From an uncultured Ignavibacteria bacterium (GTDB taxonomy: Bacteria > Zixibacteria > MSB-5A5 > SM1-73): 64,000 nt of DNA. A program made the position numbers and the translations under genes. Within the stretch, counting starts at the first letter, position 1. Each line of letters starts with the position of its first letter. Shown here in pieces: positions 19,093 through 29,200 of this stretch. The stretch is taken from the NCBI GenBank assembly GCA_964348415.1, contig CAYGCR010000009.1:649-64648 (forward strand), in the 5' to 3' direction. Below the pieces are notes generated by a model, which saw nothing but the letters and a program-made list of their open reading frames with translations, was not told the DNA's origin and ran no database searches.

Positions 19093-19617
19093 ATGAAACA
19101 GGAATTCAAGGAAAATCTGTTGAGTCCGCTGCCAGTGGTTTTGGTTGGAGCGATGGTGAACGGCCGTCCAAACTACCTTGTGATCGGATACATCTGTCCT
19201 TTTAACTTCGGAAAACATATTTTCTTCAGCTTGTACAAGAAGCGGTATACAAGTCTTGGAATTCATGAGAGCAAGACCTTCAGCGTAAACATCCCTTCGG
19301 TGGATCTGTTGGCTGAAACGAACATCTGTGGAAGCAAGTCCGGTCGAGATGTCGACAAGGCAAAGCTCTTCGACAACTTTCACGGCGAGCTGAAAACCGC
19401 ACCGATGATTCGCCAATGTCCGATAAACATCGAGTGTGAAGTTGCCCAGATCGTCGACTATGATCCCAACGAAGGGATAATTGGCAGAGTAGTCAAATCA
19501 TATGCAAACCCGGAATGCTTCACAGATGGCAAGCTGGACTGGAGGAAAGTTCATCCCATTATCTGGGCTACCGGCGGTGATTTCAACTACTACCGACTTG
19601 GGGAACGGATCAGCTAG
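19093..19617 (+). CDS. flavin reductase-like FMN-binding split-barrel protein
   Basis: LLSPLPVVLVGAMVNGRPNYLVIGYICPFNF... typical of the Flavin_Reduct (PF01613) family. RBS aaaggagg. Confidence 0.7.
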   Translation: MKQEFKENLLSPLPVVLVGAMVNGRPNYLVIGYICPFNFGKHIFFSLYKKRYTSLGIHESKTFSVNIPSVDLLAETNICGSKSGRDVDKAKLFDNFHGELKTAPMIRQCPINIECEVAQIVDYDPNEGIIGRVVKSYANPECFTDGKLDWRKVHPIIWATGGDFNYYRLGERIS

Positions 19618-19689
19618 GAGGAGTCGGAGCGTAGGTCTTGAGTTCTGTCGGGTCACACTCACCGCAAGGCCCGACACAAACTTCAAATG

Positions 19690-19795
19690 GTCATCGCGAG
19701 GAGCCCCGGCAGAGGCGGGGCTACCCAGCGATCTGCTTCTAAGTAAGCGATTGCTTGGCGAGAGATTGCCGCGCTCCCTGCGGTCGCTCGCAATG
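19690..19795 (+). repeat. about 105-bp repeat element, copy B (downstream of flavin reductase gene)
   Basis: gtcatcgcgaggagccccggcagaggcggggctacccagcgatctg... Hairpin agcccc/ggggct shows compensatory changes relative to copy A. Confidence 0.6.
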
Positions 19796-19981
19796 ACTGC
19801 CTTGCGCATTGGCTTCTCCTCAACTTTTTTCTTGCATTTACCCGTCAAGGTTCGATATTAGTATTGGGCCGCTGGGCGGCCTGTCGACCGTCCACTGTCC
19901 ACCACTAAGGCATCGCGATGGTGGTTGGAGTCGGCGCTGAGTGGTGTTAGCTGCGGACAGTCGACGGTGGACGCATTCTGC

Positions 19982-20068
19982 GGAGGGTTAGTCCTAACTG
20001 GTAAGGCAGTGGACTTGAAATCCACCGGCCGCAAGGCCTTGCGGGTTCGAATCCTGCACCCTCCGCCA
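19982..20068 (+). tRNA. tRNA-Ser (anticodon TGA), long variable arm, CCA encoded
   Basis: GGAGGGT acceptor, anticodon stem-loop GTGGA-CTTGAAA-TCCAC, variable arm CGGCCGCAAGGCCTTGCG, T-arm GCGGGTTCGAATCCTGC, ACCCTCC-G-CCA. Confidence 0.85.
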
Positions 20069-20129
20069 TTTCTTATCCGGATCAAGCTGCTGTTTCGAAA
20101 AGCAAGACCACATTAAGCTCAAACTTTGA

Positions 20130-20636
20130 ATGCCCAAACAAAAGGAGACACAGGTGCAAGTTTTAGTGATGTACTATTCGAGAACCGGAAATACGAAAAA
20201 GCTAGCTGAGGAGATAGCCAAGGGCGTGCGGCAGGTTGAAGGTGTTGATTGTCTGGTGAAGTCGGTCTCCGAAGTGACAGAAGACGATTTCGTCAAATCC
20301 GATGGAATAATAGCCGGCTCGCCCGTGTATTTCGGAACCATGGCCCATCCCATGAAAGAGGTTCTGGACAAGTTTGTTGGCATACGCGGTGAGATGGAAG
20401 ACAAAGTGGGTGCGGCCTTTGCAACCTCCGCAGATCCGTCCGGCGGAAAGGAAACCACCATCTTTTCCATCTTTCAGGCCATGCTGATTTACGGTATGGT
20501 CATCGTGGGAGACCCTTTGAATGCCACCGGTCACTATGGCGTTTCATGTGTCGGTGCACCTGACAGGCAGACTGCCTCCAATGCCGCAAAGCTAGGAAAG
20601 AGGGTGGCGACATTGGTCAAGAAATTGAGGAGTTAG
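20130..20636 (+). CDS. flavodoxin-like fold NAD(P)H-dependent FMN reductase (WrbA/NADPH-dependent FMN reductase family)
   Basis: VLVMYYSRTGNTKKLAEEIAKG ... AGSPVYFGTMAHPMKEVLDKF flavodoxin-like motifs. Confidence 0.7.
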   Translation: MPKQKETQVQVLVMYYSRTGNTKKLAEEIAKGVRQVEGVDCLVKSVSEVTEDDFVKSDGIIAGSPVYFGTMAHPMKEVLDKFVGIRGEMEDKVGAAFATSADPSGGKETTIFSIFQAMLIYGMVIVGDPLNATGHYGVSCVGAPDRQTASNAAKLGKRVATLVKKLRS

Positions 20637-20761
20637 GCAGCGACGAATGAGAAAGGTTGCGTCTATCCCTGAAGGTTACCTTCCGTGAAAACGAAAGGGG
20701 AGGACTGGTTGTCGTCCCCTGCGGACCCACATCATCTCATTATGGTCGAGGCAGGATTACC

Positions 20762-21559
20762 CTAAGCGGCGCCTGTTTTGTAAAGATTCTGGATGTATGC
20801 GATGTCGATCTTCTGGAACAAGCGAATGGGCGGAAAGGGTGAATACAGCACGTCGATGTTATTCTGCTGATGTCGGAATACCCGGCGAAGATCGGCAATG
20901 GAGCAATCGTCGATACTTTTGCCCAGATCGATCATCAACAACAATGGGATTCCCGCCTTGGGCATGCCGTCGAAATAGACCTCTCCCGCAGGCTGGGAGG
21001 GTGCGTAGATTACGAAGTCCGACTTCACCGGCTCCTTTTTGATGGATCCCTCCGACCTGGTCTCCACATCGTAATAGCAGCGCTGACACAAGACGTCACG
21101 CAGGTTGCCGATCCGCTCAGTGGGCTCATCCTGGAAGATCAAACAGAGCTTTTTTACGCGCACCGTGTTGCGGTAAGTGTCCCGGAAGGTCAAAGGATGA
21201 GCACGGCATTCCTCTCGTATTGCGGTTTTCTGCTTCTCGCAGACTTCCTCCAGCCCTCGGTTGAACAGGCTGGTTCTCTCACATAAATCCTTACACTCAG
21301 CTTCCTTTAATGCAGCCACCATTTGTGAGAGCTTTTGCCGCTCGTCAGGAGGCAGGGCTTCCATCTCCGAGAGGACATTCAGCATTCTTGATAAGCAGTC
21401 CAAGTGAGAGTCAAACTCTTCTTTGACCTTCGCAGGCATTTCCGGCAAAGCGCCCTCTCCGGTGACACCCTGAACACTTGCAAAAATCGTAGGCAGCGGA
21501 CGAAGCAGCTGAAATGGCACCACCGACGCCCTCAAGGTGAACATAATTGGCTGAAACAT
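20762..21559 (-). CDS. hypothetical Cys-rich protein, divergent from LysR regulator
   Basis: 265-aa ORF with good coding texture. Multiple Cys (CERTSLF...CEKQ...CRAHP...CQRCYY). No family recognised. Shares a 300-bp divergent promoter region with the LysR gene. Confidence 0.4.
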   Translation of the reverse strand: MFQPIMFTLRASVVPFQLLRPLPTIFASVQGVTGEGALPEMPAKVKEEFDSHLDCLSRMLNVLSEMEALPPDERQKLSQMVAALKEAECKDLCERTSLFNRGLEEVCEKQKTAIREECRAHPLTFRDTYRNTVRVKKLCLIFQDEPTERIGNLRDVLCQRCYYDVETRSEGSIKKEPVKSDFVIYAPSQPAGEVYFDGMPKAGIPLLLMIDLGKSIDDCSIADLRRVFRHQQNNIDVLYSPFPPIRLFQKIDIAYIQNLYKTGAA

Positions 21560-21860
21560 CTTTGCCTCCTGGTTTTAACATCCTGGCAGACCAGAACCGA
21601 AACGAAGTCAGGTTCCGCTCGGGTCTCGCCAGGTGTATAAAGGAAAGTTCCCTTATGGAAGAGAACTCGACTTTTAGCGACCTTGCTTCTTTTCTCCAAT
21701 TATAAAATATCGGTTGACAACCATGAAGAAAAGTATTATTTTGAAACGAGATAGTATATATGTTCATATATCGTCCCGGTCGTTCATATATAGCGTTTGT
21801 ATCTTAGAGGGTACGACTGATACCCGGGTAGGTGCAAATCTTTACGTTGATGGAGGCAAT

Positions 21861-22769
21861 ATGGAACTACAGGCTTTACGGGGCTTTTACTGGGCTGGCG
21901 CCCACGGTAGTTTTTCAAAAGCAGGCAAGATATTGAACGTAGGGCAGTCGGCGGTGAGTCATCAGGTCAAGGCTCTGGAGGAGGAGCTCAGAGTGAAGCT
22001 TTACGAAAGGGCGGGTCGCGGCATCCACCTGACCGCGGCGGGCAAAGTCCTTATGGCTTATGCGGATATCATCCTGCAGACCCTGGATAACATAGAAACC
22101 CACTTCGCAGAGCTGGCTGGTTCTCCCGAGGGCACAGTCACCATGGCTGCCTATCGCGGAATAATGCAATACAAGCTGCCTCAGATCGTGCAGAGTTTCA
22201 AGAAGAAGAATCCGGAGATTAGATTGGTGATCTTGAATAAGCCGTTGGACACGGAGATTTTGGATATCGTCTCTGGCGGCGATGCGGATTTTGGCATCAC
22301 TTCCTCTTGGAATGATTTCATGGACCTTTCCTTTTATGAAGTGTGGTCTTACGACATGTTTCTCTGCGTTCCCGCCAATCATCACTTGGCTGGTCGGCGG
22401 ACAGTAGGCTTAAAGGAGATAACTCGAGAGCCCTTGATATTGTATGAGCCAGAGAACTCCATCCGCAGAAGGACGGAGGAGATTTTTAGAAAGAATAACC
22501 TCGCTTATAGTTTCGTGATCGAGACGGGCGGAGCCACCGTGATTCAGGAATACGTGAAGATCGGGCAGGGTATATCTATAGTCTCGGGGTTGGTGACGCA
22601 AGCCACGGAGGATCCAGCTTTGTCATACATACCCATCACCGAGCATTTAGGCAAGTTAGGATATGGTGTTGTACTAAAGAAACGCAAGTATCTTTCGCTC
22701 CCAGTGAGAAAGTTCCTGCAGGAATTGGGGTTGGGAGCAACTCTGTCTAATCGGAATTGGGAGATCTAA
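21861..22769 (+). CDS. LysR-family transcriptional regulator
   Basis: N-terminal HTH LQALRGFYWAGAHGSFSKAGKILNVGQSAVSHQVKALEEEL. LysR substrate-binding domain. ATG 21861 with RBS ggagg. Confidence 0.85.
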   Translation: MELQALRGFYWAGAHGSFSKAGKILNVGQSAVSHQVKALEEELRVKLYERAGRGIHLTAAGKVLMAYADIILQTLDNIETHFAELAGSPEGTVTMAAYRGIMQYKLPQIVQSFKKKNPEIRLVILNKPLDTEILDIVSGGDADFGITSSWNDFMDLSFYEVWSYDMFLCVPANHHLAGRRTVGLKEITREPLILYEPENSIRRRTEEIFRKNNLAYSFVIETGGATVIQEYVKIGQGISIVSGLVTQATEDPALSYIPITEHLGKLGYGVVLKKRKYLSLPVRKFLQELGLGATLSNRNWEI

Positions 22770-23399
22770 TTGTCGGGCAGGATCTCATACGTTCGGCTCA
22801 ATGCACGAATCCGTGACTCTTGTCGCAAGTTAGTACGGTTGCTGAACTACGAACATGGTTTTCCCCCTCGGAACTCCGAATCATCTGCCGTTTTAGCGCC
22901 CCTCAACCTGCGGTCGGCCTTGGGTCTAGATCACTTCTGAATCTCTCCGGTTTGCTTCGGTCACCCATCCCGACAGTATGCTAACTCGCGCGGTCCCCTA
23001 CTTCTCGTCCAACACAGCTCTTTTCTTGCATGGCCCGATCACATTGCGCTGCGAGAATCACGTTGACTGCCTGAATCATAGCATGAGCTTATCGGGTAGA
23101 GGCATCCTTCAGGTGGAACTGCTACCGGGGTTTTGATTGAATCCAAGAAGCAGGCAGGGGGAGGAACTTTAGAAGGGCTTTGGCAAAGGACAATACGAAT
23201 GGCAAGAATAACTTGAGGCTTTTCTTTGGACAACCAGCTTAGAAAGCGCTGTTTAATTTAAGATGTTATCAAACGTTACAGGAAAGTATGTGGATAACTG
23301 CATCCCGATGGTGCTAAGTGTGGCGAGTTAAGCTGTTAATAGAAAACAAATTAACAAATTTTCCACAAACTCCCGGCAGTTACCAACATCAGTAGTCTC

Positions 23400-23804
23400 T
23401 CAAGGTTTGCTAGGTATGTCTACCTCGTCTGACTCCTCGCGAGGGACAGCCATGGGAACGGATTCTTTCATATTACACATCCCGTGAAACACCGCGCCTT
23501 CCTCGACGATCAGGTTTTTGGTGGTGATGTCCCCCTCCACCATTCCCTTAGACTGAAGCTCAATTCTCTCCTTTGCCAGAATGTTTCCGGCCACCTTGCC
23601 GCCAATCACCACAATTTTGGCGATCAAATCAGCTTCAATGCTGCCGGTGTCGCCCACGGCAAGAGACTCCGTGACCGAGACTCTTCCTCTTACTTTGCCG
23701 TCGACACGAAGCCCGCCGTTGACCTGGACAGTCCCTTCTATTATGGAGTCCTTTCCAATAACGGTATTCAACCCACTCACTCCTGTGTCTTTTTTGTTTT
23801 TCAT
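23400..23804 (-). CDS. bactofilin (DUF583) cytoskeletal protein
   Basis: Repeating beta-helix motif VIGKDSIIEGTVQVNGGLRVDGKVRGRVSVTESLAVGDTGSIEADLIAKIVVIGGKVAGNI. Start chosen at MKNKKD (23804), just downstream of the M23 gene stop. The longer ORF to 23954 overlaps that gene. Confidence 0.75.
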   Translation of the reverse strand: MKNKKDTGVSGLNTVIGKDSIIEGTVQVNGGLRVDGKVRGRVSVTESLAVGDTGSIEADLIAKIVVIGGKVAGNILAKERIELQSKGMVEGDITTKNLIVEEGAVFHGMCNMKESVPMAVPREESDEVDIPSKP

Positions 23805-23814
23805 TTTGTCGATT

Positions 23815-24645
23815 TCAACGTTGGGTTTGGAAATTCTCGGGATTGACAGGAACATCGTTTTCTCTGATCTCGTAGTGTAGATGGGGAGCCGAACTTCTTC
23901 CGGTGTTACCGGAAAGGGCGATCGCTTGGCCTCTGATGACAGCATCGCCGACATTGACCAGATTCGTCGAATTGTGCCCGTAGTAGGTCATGTAGCCACT
24001 TCCGTGATCGATTGCCACCAGAAATCCATAGGTATCATCCCAGCCAGCAAAGGCCACTTTGCCGTCCGCCGTCGCCCTCACTTCTGTTCCTATCTTTGCA
24101 GCGAAATCCACGCCGGGATGCTCGCGTCCGAACCCGGGAATACTCATGGAGAAGCCTTGAGTGATCCATCCCTCCACAGGGACTCCCGCCGGAATGTGTC
24201 TCAACGAGTCGGACGCCTCCATGATTGAGTCCAAAGCATAGAGACTGGCTTCCTGCCCTTTAAGCAGATTATCAGCCACCAACGCATCCTCCGACTCCAT
24301 AGCCTGAGTGTAGCTGGCAAGCCCTGCTGTTGTCTGTCCGGAATACTCGGCCCCGGCCAGCTGGGCTACTCTCTGAACAAAGCTCTGGTACTCTCTGAGC
24401 TCCTTTTCCAGCTCCATCACTTTGGCACTGTATCTTTTCAGCCTTTCGTTTTCCTGCTTCAGCGACTTGCCGAGGATCACCTCGTAAAGCAGTTTTCCGT
24501 GAAGGATAGACAGAACAAGCACGAAAACCACAAGCAATCCTGCTACACTTGCTATCGCCCGGGTGGTGAGGAAAGACAACTTGAACTTCAGGCTCTTCGG
24601 GCTTCCCTCCGGAACTATTAAGAAGTTGACGTATCTTTTCGCCAT
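23815..24645 (-). CDS. M23 family metallopeptidase (LytM/EnvC-like) with N-terminal TM and coiled coil
   Basis: HPGVDFAA...DHG...HLHYE M23 signature (HxxxD, HxH). N-terminal TM LVVFVLVLSILHG plus coiled coil. Confidence 0.85.
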   Translation of the reverse strand: MAKRYVNFLIVPEGSPKSLKFKLSFLTTRAIASVAGLLVVFVLVLSILHGKLLYEVILGKSLKQENERLKRYSAKVMELEKELREYQSFVQRVAQLAGAEYSGQTTAGLASYTQAMESEDALVADNLLKGQEASLYALDSIMEASDSLRHIPAGVPVEGWITQGFSMSIPGFGREHPGVDFAAKIGTEVRATADGKVAFAGWDDTYGFLVAIDHGSGYMTYYGHNSTNLVNVGDAVIRGQAIALSGNTGRSSAPHLHYEIRENDVPVNPENFQTQR

Positions 24646-24711
24646 ACCGCTTTTTCGTTCCCTTTAAAGCAAAAAAGAGAACTGAAAAACTCCAGAATCA
24701 GAAAGCCGCCC

Positions 24712-25596
24712 TTATAGAGTTATCGACAACAATTCCAATATCCTGGATAGGTCTTCCTCTGAATAAAACTCTATCTGGACCTTCCCTCCTTTGCCTTTCG
24801 CCAGAACCTTGACTGACGTTCCGAAAAACTCTTTCAACTTCTCCTCCACTTCAAAAAACGCCGGGGAAGTCTTCTTCTTGGGTCTGGAGCCAGGAGTCTT
24901 CTTCTTTCCGTACGCTAAATCTTCGGTGCTTCGCACAGAAAGCCCCTCTTTGACCACTCGTCTGGACAAGGCTACTTGTTCTCTTTCACTGGATAGCGAA
25001 AGTATAGCCCGAGCGTGTCCCTCCGATAGCTTTCCGCTTGACATCAGCTTCTGTACCTCCTCGGGCAAGCTTAAAATTCTCAGGGTGTTGGCAACCGAGG
25101 AGCGGTCCTTCCCTATTCTTTGCGCCACCTGTGTCTGAGTGAGGAGGCACTCCTCTAAAAGCCTCTTGTAGCCTCTGGCGGTATCAATTGGATTCAAATC
25201 CTCCCTTTGAAGATTCTCGACCAAGGAGAGTTCCAGCATCTGTTCTTTGGAGAGCTTTCCCGCTATCACCGCCGGAACTGTCTCCAAGCCCAGCTTTTTT
25301 GCCGCCATAAGTCGTCTTTCCCCAGCAACCAATTCAAATTCATCTCCCACCTGTCTGACCACCACCGGTTGTATGAGTCCCTTTTCCTTTATGGAGGCAG
25401 CAAGCTCGGAGAGCTTGCCCTCGTCGATTCTGGTGCGGGGTTGATAGCGGCTTGACTTGATCTTATCGATCTTCAGATTCACCAGCCCTGTCTCCGCCTG
25501 CTTCTCTGCCTTCAGCAGCGCTTGAGGACGTTCAGGGATCAGAGCCTCCAGACCTTTTCCCAGAGCGTTTCTACTCATTGGGGACCTCTCCAACAT
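24712..25596 (-). CDS. parB: chromosome partitioning protein ParB (Spo0J)
   Basis: ParB box [33 protein letters not shown]. Overlaps the upstream parA. Confidence 0.9.
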   Translation of the reverse strand: MLERSPMSRNALGKGLEALIPERPQALLKAEKQAETGLVNLKIDKIKSSRYQPRTRIDEGKLSELAASIKEKGLIQPVVVRQVGDEFELVAGERRLMAAKKLGLETVPAVIAGKLSKEQMLELSLVENLQREDLNPIDTARGYKRLLEECLLTQTQVAQRIGKDRSSVANTLRILSLPEEVQKLMSSGKLSEGHARAILSLSSEREQVALSRRVVKEGLSVRSTEDLAYGKKKTPGSRPKKKTSPAFFEVEEKLKEFFGTSVKVLAKGKGGKVQIEFYSEEDLSRILELLSITL

Positions 25597-26461
25597 AGAC
25601 TGTTTCTAAAACCTCTGCGCTATGATTTAGCATCTCCTCTGCCAGACTCAAATAGTTCTCGGCTCCGACTGAGGTTATATCGTAAAGTATTATTGGCTTG
25701 CCAAAGCCGGGAGCCTCGGAAAGCCTCACGTTTCTGTTTATGACCGTCTTGAAAACCTTGTCCAAAAAATATTTCCTGGTCTCATCCGCCACCTGTCTGG
25801 ATAGATTCAGTCTTCCATCGTACATGGTAAGGAGAACGCCTTCAATCCTGAGATCGGGATTCAAGTTATCCTGTACCAGTTTGATGGTATTTAAAAGCAG
25901 GCTCAATCCTTCCAGAGCATAGTATTCGCACTGGATGGGTATCAGGATGGAGTCTGCGGCGGTAAGAGTGTTGATGGTCAAAAGTCCCAGCGACGGAGGT
26001 GAATCAATTAAGATGAAATCATACTTCTCTCTTACCGGTTCGAGCGCAATGCGGAGCTTGGTCTCCCGGGCTAAGGCGCTCACCAACTCCACCTCGGCAC
26101 CTACCAGGCGAAGCTGAGAAGGGATCAAATCCAGAAAAGAAAGCTCCGTCTTCCGAATCACCGTTTCTGCGGGCACATCCCCGATCAGCACCTCGTAAAT
26201 ACTCCTCTCCAGCTTGTTCTTATCAACTCCCAATCCAGAGGTGGAGGTGGCCTGGGGGTCGATGTCCACGAGCAGGGTCTTTTTCTCAGCCACGGCCAAG
26301 CAGGCTGACAGGTTAACTGCCGTGGTGGTTTTTCCAACGCCGCCCTTCTGATTGGCAACAGCGATTATCCTTCCCAAAGTCTTGTCCCCTCCTCCAAACT
26401 GACGGTCAGCGAACAAATCCCATGTTTTTCTATACATAACGGTTTTTCCCCAAAAAAGCAA
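25571..26461 (-). CDS. parA: chromosome partitioning ATPase ParA (Soj)
   Basis: Deviant Walker [19 protein letters not shown]. True start possibly at MYRK (26437). Confidence 0.9.
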   Translation of the reverse strand: MLFWGKTVMYRKTWDLFADRQFGGGDKTLGRIIAVANQKGGVGKTTTAVNLSACLAVAEKKTLLVDIDPQATSTSGLGVDKNKLERSIYEVLIGDVPAETVIRKTELSFLDLIPSQLRLVGAEVELVSALARETKLRIALEPVREKYDFILIDSPPSLGLLTINTLTAADSILIPIQCEYYALEGLSLLLNTIKLVQDNLNPDLRIEGVLLTMYDGRLNLSRQVADETRKYFLDKVFKTVINRNVRLSEAPGFGKPIILYDITSVGAENYLSLAEEMLNHSAEVLETVYVGEVPNE

Positions 26462-27493
26462 GAGATTTTAACAGAAAAATCTCCGGCGCAAGTCCATTGC
26501 TCGCCAACAGGCGAAAGGTCCGCCACTTGACGCACCGAATTTTCTTCACATCCAACTCACAACGTTGGCAATTGTCGTTTACGAAAAACACTCCCGGCCC
26601 AAATCCTAGTGGTCGATTTGGTGGCCCAGCGTTGTTTTTTTTGAGATAGCCAGGAAGAAAGTGAAGGCCAGCGGCGCGACTCTTAGATGTGAACCCGTTT
26701 CTGACGGGATTGAGGGTGATGCAGGTGAACTCTCTCGAAACTTTAACAAGAGAGTGCACGAAGATCTCGTAGACGCGGATCGCCTTGCGAAAGCGGGGAC
26801 AGTCGCTGGGGATGATGCCGAGAAACCTTGACACTTGCAGATACTATCTCCAGTTACTCGGGTTTGGGGACTATTTGTTCTCATATTTCACCGACGCAGA
26901 AAAAATGTAACGCTTAGCCGTAGCCAGGAATAAATCATCCAAAATTCGTGTCGTCCGCGTCGCCTGACAGCGTCTGGTACCTTGCCTCAACTCAGGATGG
27001 CCAGTTTAACCTTTTTCCGCAACGGGACGTAAGGTGATGACAGCGGCAGGCATACTTGGCACCACTGCGAGTTGAAGAAACAAACCCTTGCCTTCCACCG
27101 CTGCAAGTCCAGTTTTGAGGCTAACGGGAAGAAGTAATGCTGCCGATCGATCATAAGATTCCCGTGGTTAGACCAAAAGAGGCGGACAGACTGACTGTAT
27201 CGGAGCCCATCGATTATCCCTTTTTCTGCTTAGAAGAATCAAGGTTGCGCCCGGTTCTTACTTTTGCTTCCTTCGGGCGGAAATCCTAGTTTAGAAGCCC
27301 CCCTTTCTCACTCCTGCGATGGTTCTTGTCACGAAAAACAACAGGGCTTAGGAGAAAGAAAGGCAGCTTTGCGATCGAAGTTATTGGCTGCGTGAGAGAT
27401 CGAGCGTTTCGGCCACCCCAACTGGATGTTTGTAACCATCTGAACTTGGGATTCAACAGTCTGTAAAAAATCCATTAATATCAAAAAAATCAC

Positions 27494-27522
27494 TTGACAC
27501 AGGGACCACAATTAGGTAATAT
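27494..27522 (+). promoter_or_regulatory. strong sigma70-like promoter TTGACA-17-TAATAT with about 170-nt leader
   Basis: ttgaca at 27494-27499, a 17-nt spacer, taatat at 27517-22. Followed by a 170-nt 5'UTR and RBS aaggaggg before ATG 27698. Confidence 0.5.
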
Positions 27523-27697
27523 AGGTTCTGTCGAGGGAGCACGCAAAACCCTTTCTTCTGGTATACGGGAGGCATAATGCCACCATTATGGTATGGCGCA
27601 GGATAATAGACTCGCCGGCTCGCTCATTGGTGGTTCAACGGTTTTGAGTTCCGAAGCGATTGTTTTGATTCCTGCTGGTTAAAGCAAGGAGGGTGTC

Positions 27698-28663
27698 ATG
27701 GCAAAGGCAATAGAGCAGTCGGAATCCGGTCTGACAGTAGGCCATTTTGGCCTCGGTTCCCGGGGTGGCACGGTGGGAAGCATCCGGCACCAAGTGCACG
27801 ATGGAGACACCATCAGTGTCCGTGCTCTTGGCAATTTTGGCATTCGTTTCCTTGGAGTAGATGCCCCCGAAATCAGTTTCAGACTCCCAGACGAGACCGC
27901 GTTCAGCGGGCTTGGGCACGAGAGATGGGAAGCTTTCTTAACGGATCCGTTTGCACAGGGCTTACGACCGTTTGACCCCCCTATCGCTCCGGGATTGCGC
28001 AACTACCTGCTACAGCAGTTAGGGCCGGGCGTCGCAACGAACCAGCACAATCATGCCGAGGCTGCCGAAGATGTCCTGGAGCAAGAGGTGGTCAAAGACG
28101 TGCGGGCACTTGGCCAGTCAGAAGATGACTTCAAGTTCTTCCTTGCCTTCGCTCACGAAATCGTGGATAGATACGGCCGTCTTCTCTGCTTTATCAACCG
28201 CCACCAACCTGACCCCGCTGTTCCAGAGAAACGGCGGCCGCTTTCGTACAATGAGCGATTATTGAAAGAGGGTAAAGTTGCCCCCTATTTCATATTTCCC
28301 AATTTAGATCCATTCAGGAGCAAGGAATCCATCACCGAGGCTGTCATTCCTGCGGGCACCGCCGCTAATCTGGCCAGTGGGGACAATGCGCTGGGTCTTG
28401 CAAGAAAGTGGGTCCGCGACGCCAGAACAAGAAGCGGCGGAATATTCGATGGGAACGATCCATTGAAACTGCAGCCTTTTGAGGTAAGATTCCTGGCCAG
28501 GAGAAAGCCACCAGATCGCTGGGTCATTGACCTGGGCAAGAACGATAATGCCCTCATGCGGCCGCAGAAATACTACAGCGTACCCAGGGTGGAGGACCGC
28601 CTGTACATCCCCAGCCAGTTCGTACCCTTATTCGTGGAAGCAGGATGGCAAAAGCAGAATTAG
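27698..28663 (+). CDS. staphylococcal nuclease (SNase/thermonuclease)-fold protein with internal insertion and C-terminal extension
   Basis: VHDGDTISVRALGNFGIRFLGVDAPE (Ca-site DGDT plus catalytic GVDAPE). Later DRYGRLLCFI and SYNERLLKEGKVAPYFIFPN match SNase DKYGRGLAYIY / [21 protein letters not shown]. No signal peptide. Confidence 0.7.
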   Translation: MAKAIEQSESGLTVGHFGLGSRGGTVGSIRHQVHDGDTISVRALGNFGIRFLGVDAPEISFRLPDETAFSGLGHERWEAFLTDPFAQGLRPFDPPIAPGLRNYLLQQLGPGVATNQHNHAEAAEDVLEQEVVKDVRALGQSEDDFKFFLAFAHEIVDRYGRLLCFINRHQPDPAVPEKRRPLSYNERLLKEGKVAPYFIFPNLDPFRSKESITEAVIPAGTAANLASGDNALGLARKWVRDARTRSGGIFDGNDPLKLQPFEVRFLARRKPPDRWVIDLGKNDNALMRPQKYYSVPRVEDRLYIPSQFVPLFVEAGWQKQN

Positions 28664-29200
28664 TCTCGGCTTTCAACCGGAGGTAAAAGGACCGGAAGCT
28701 CGTGCACATGCGAGCAATCTCCGTCGTAAAGACTCCGGTCCGGCTACTGGTGGTTTCGCCTTCGAGACCGAGCCTCTTGCGTTGGCACGGCAACCTGTCA
28801 GCTTTTGTGTACAGACAAAAATAGAATAGACTGAAACAAAAAGGTATAGACTCCCACGTAATCTGGATGTCTCGGGAGAAGGATCTTGGGGATAAGCCGC
28901 TGAAACGAGTGCGGCAAGCAGAGTGTCATCAAGCCACCTGAGCCCTCTTTGGATGGTTCATGTGGTCAGGTCGGCGGTGAACGTTCTCGGACCCCAACAG
29001 CTGCGAGACAGACCAAGGCATTTGCATCTGGTGTGAGCAGATTTGACCGTCCAAGCAGGTTTTCTTAACATTCCAACGCACATGGAGGTGCAGTACTCGC
29101 CTCATCTTTTCGAGGATCGACCCTTCTTCGTTCGCTGCAAAAAGGCCAGCGGGCTGGATATAGTACAAGGCATGCGTCAGCATGAGAAAGGAGGTGTACC

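Noticed and set aside
19860-19980. GC-rich inverted-repeat stretch just upstream of tRNA-Ser, considered as a second tRNA-like or attachment-site element
   Set aside because: The arms (CTGTCGACCGTCCAC / CAGTCGACGGTGGAC) are not true reverse complements beyond the GTCGAC core. No cloverleaf can be drawn. Left as an unexplained leader.
19982-20068. Long-variable-arm tRNA near the in-frame TGA genes considered as tRNA-Sec
   Set aside because: Anticodon loop CTTGAAA gives anticodon UGA (reads UCA, Ser), not UCA. The 7-bp acceptor stem and 87-nt length fit tRNA-Ser. It is not evidence for Sec machinery.
26462-27493. oriC upstream of parA
   Set aside because: Only weak two-mismatch DnaA-box-like 9-mers (e.g. 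TTATCCCTT at 27205) and no pronounced AT-rich DUE. The 22770-23399 region is a slightly better, but still weak, candidate.
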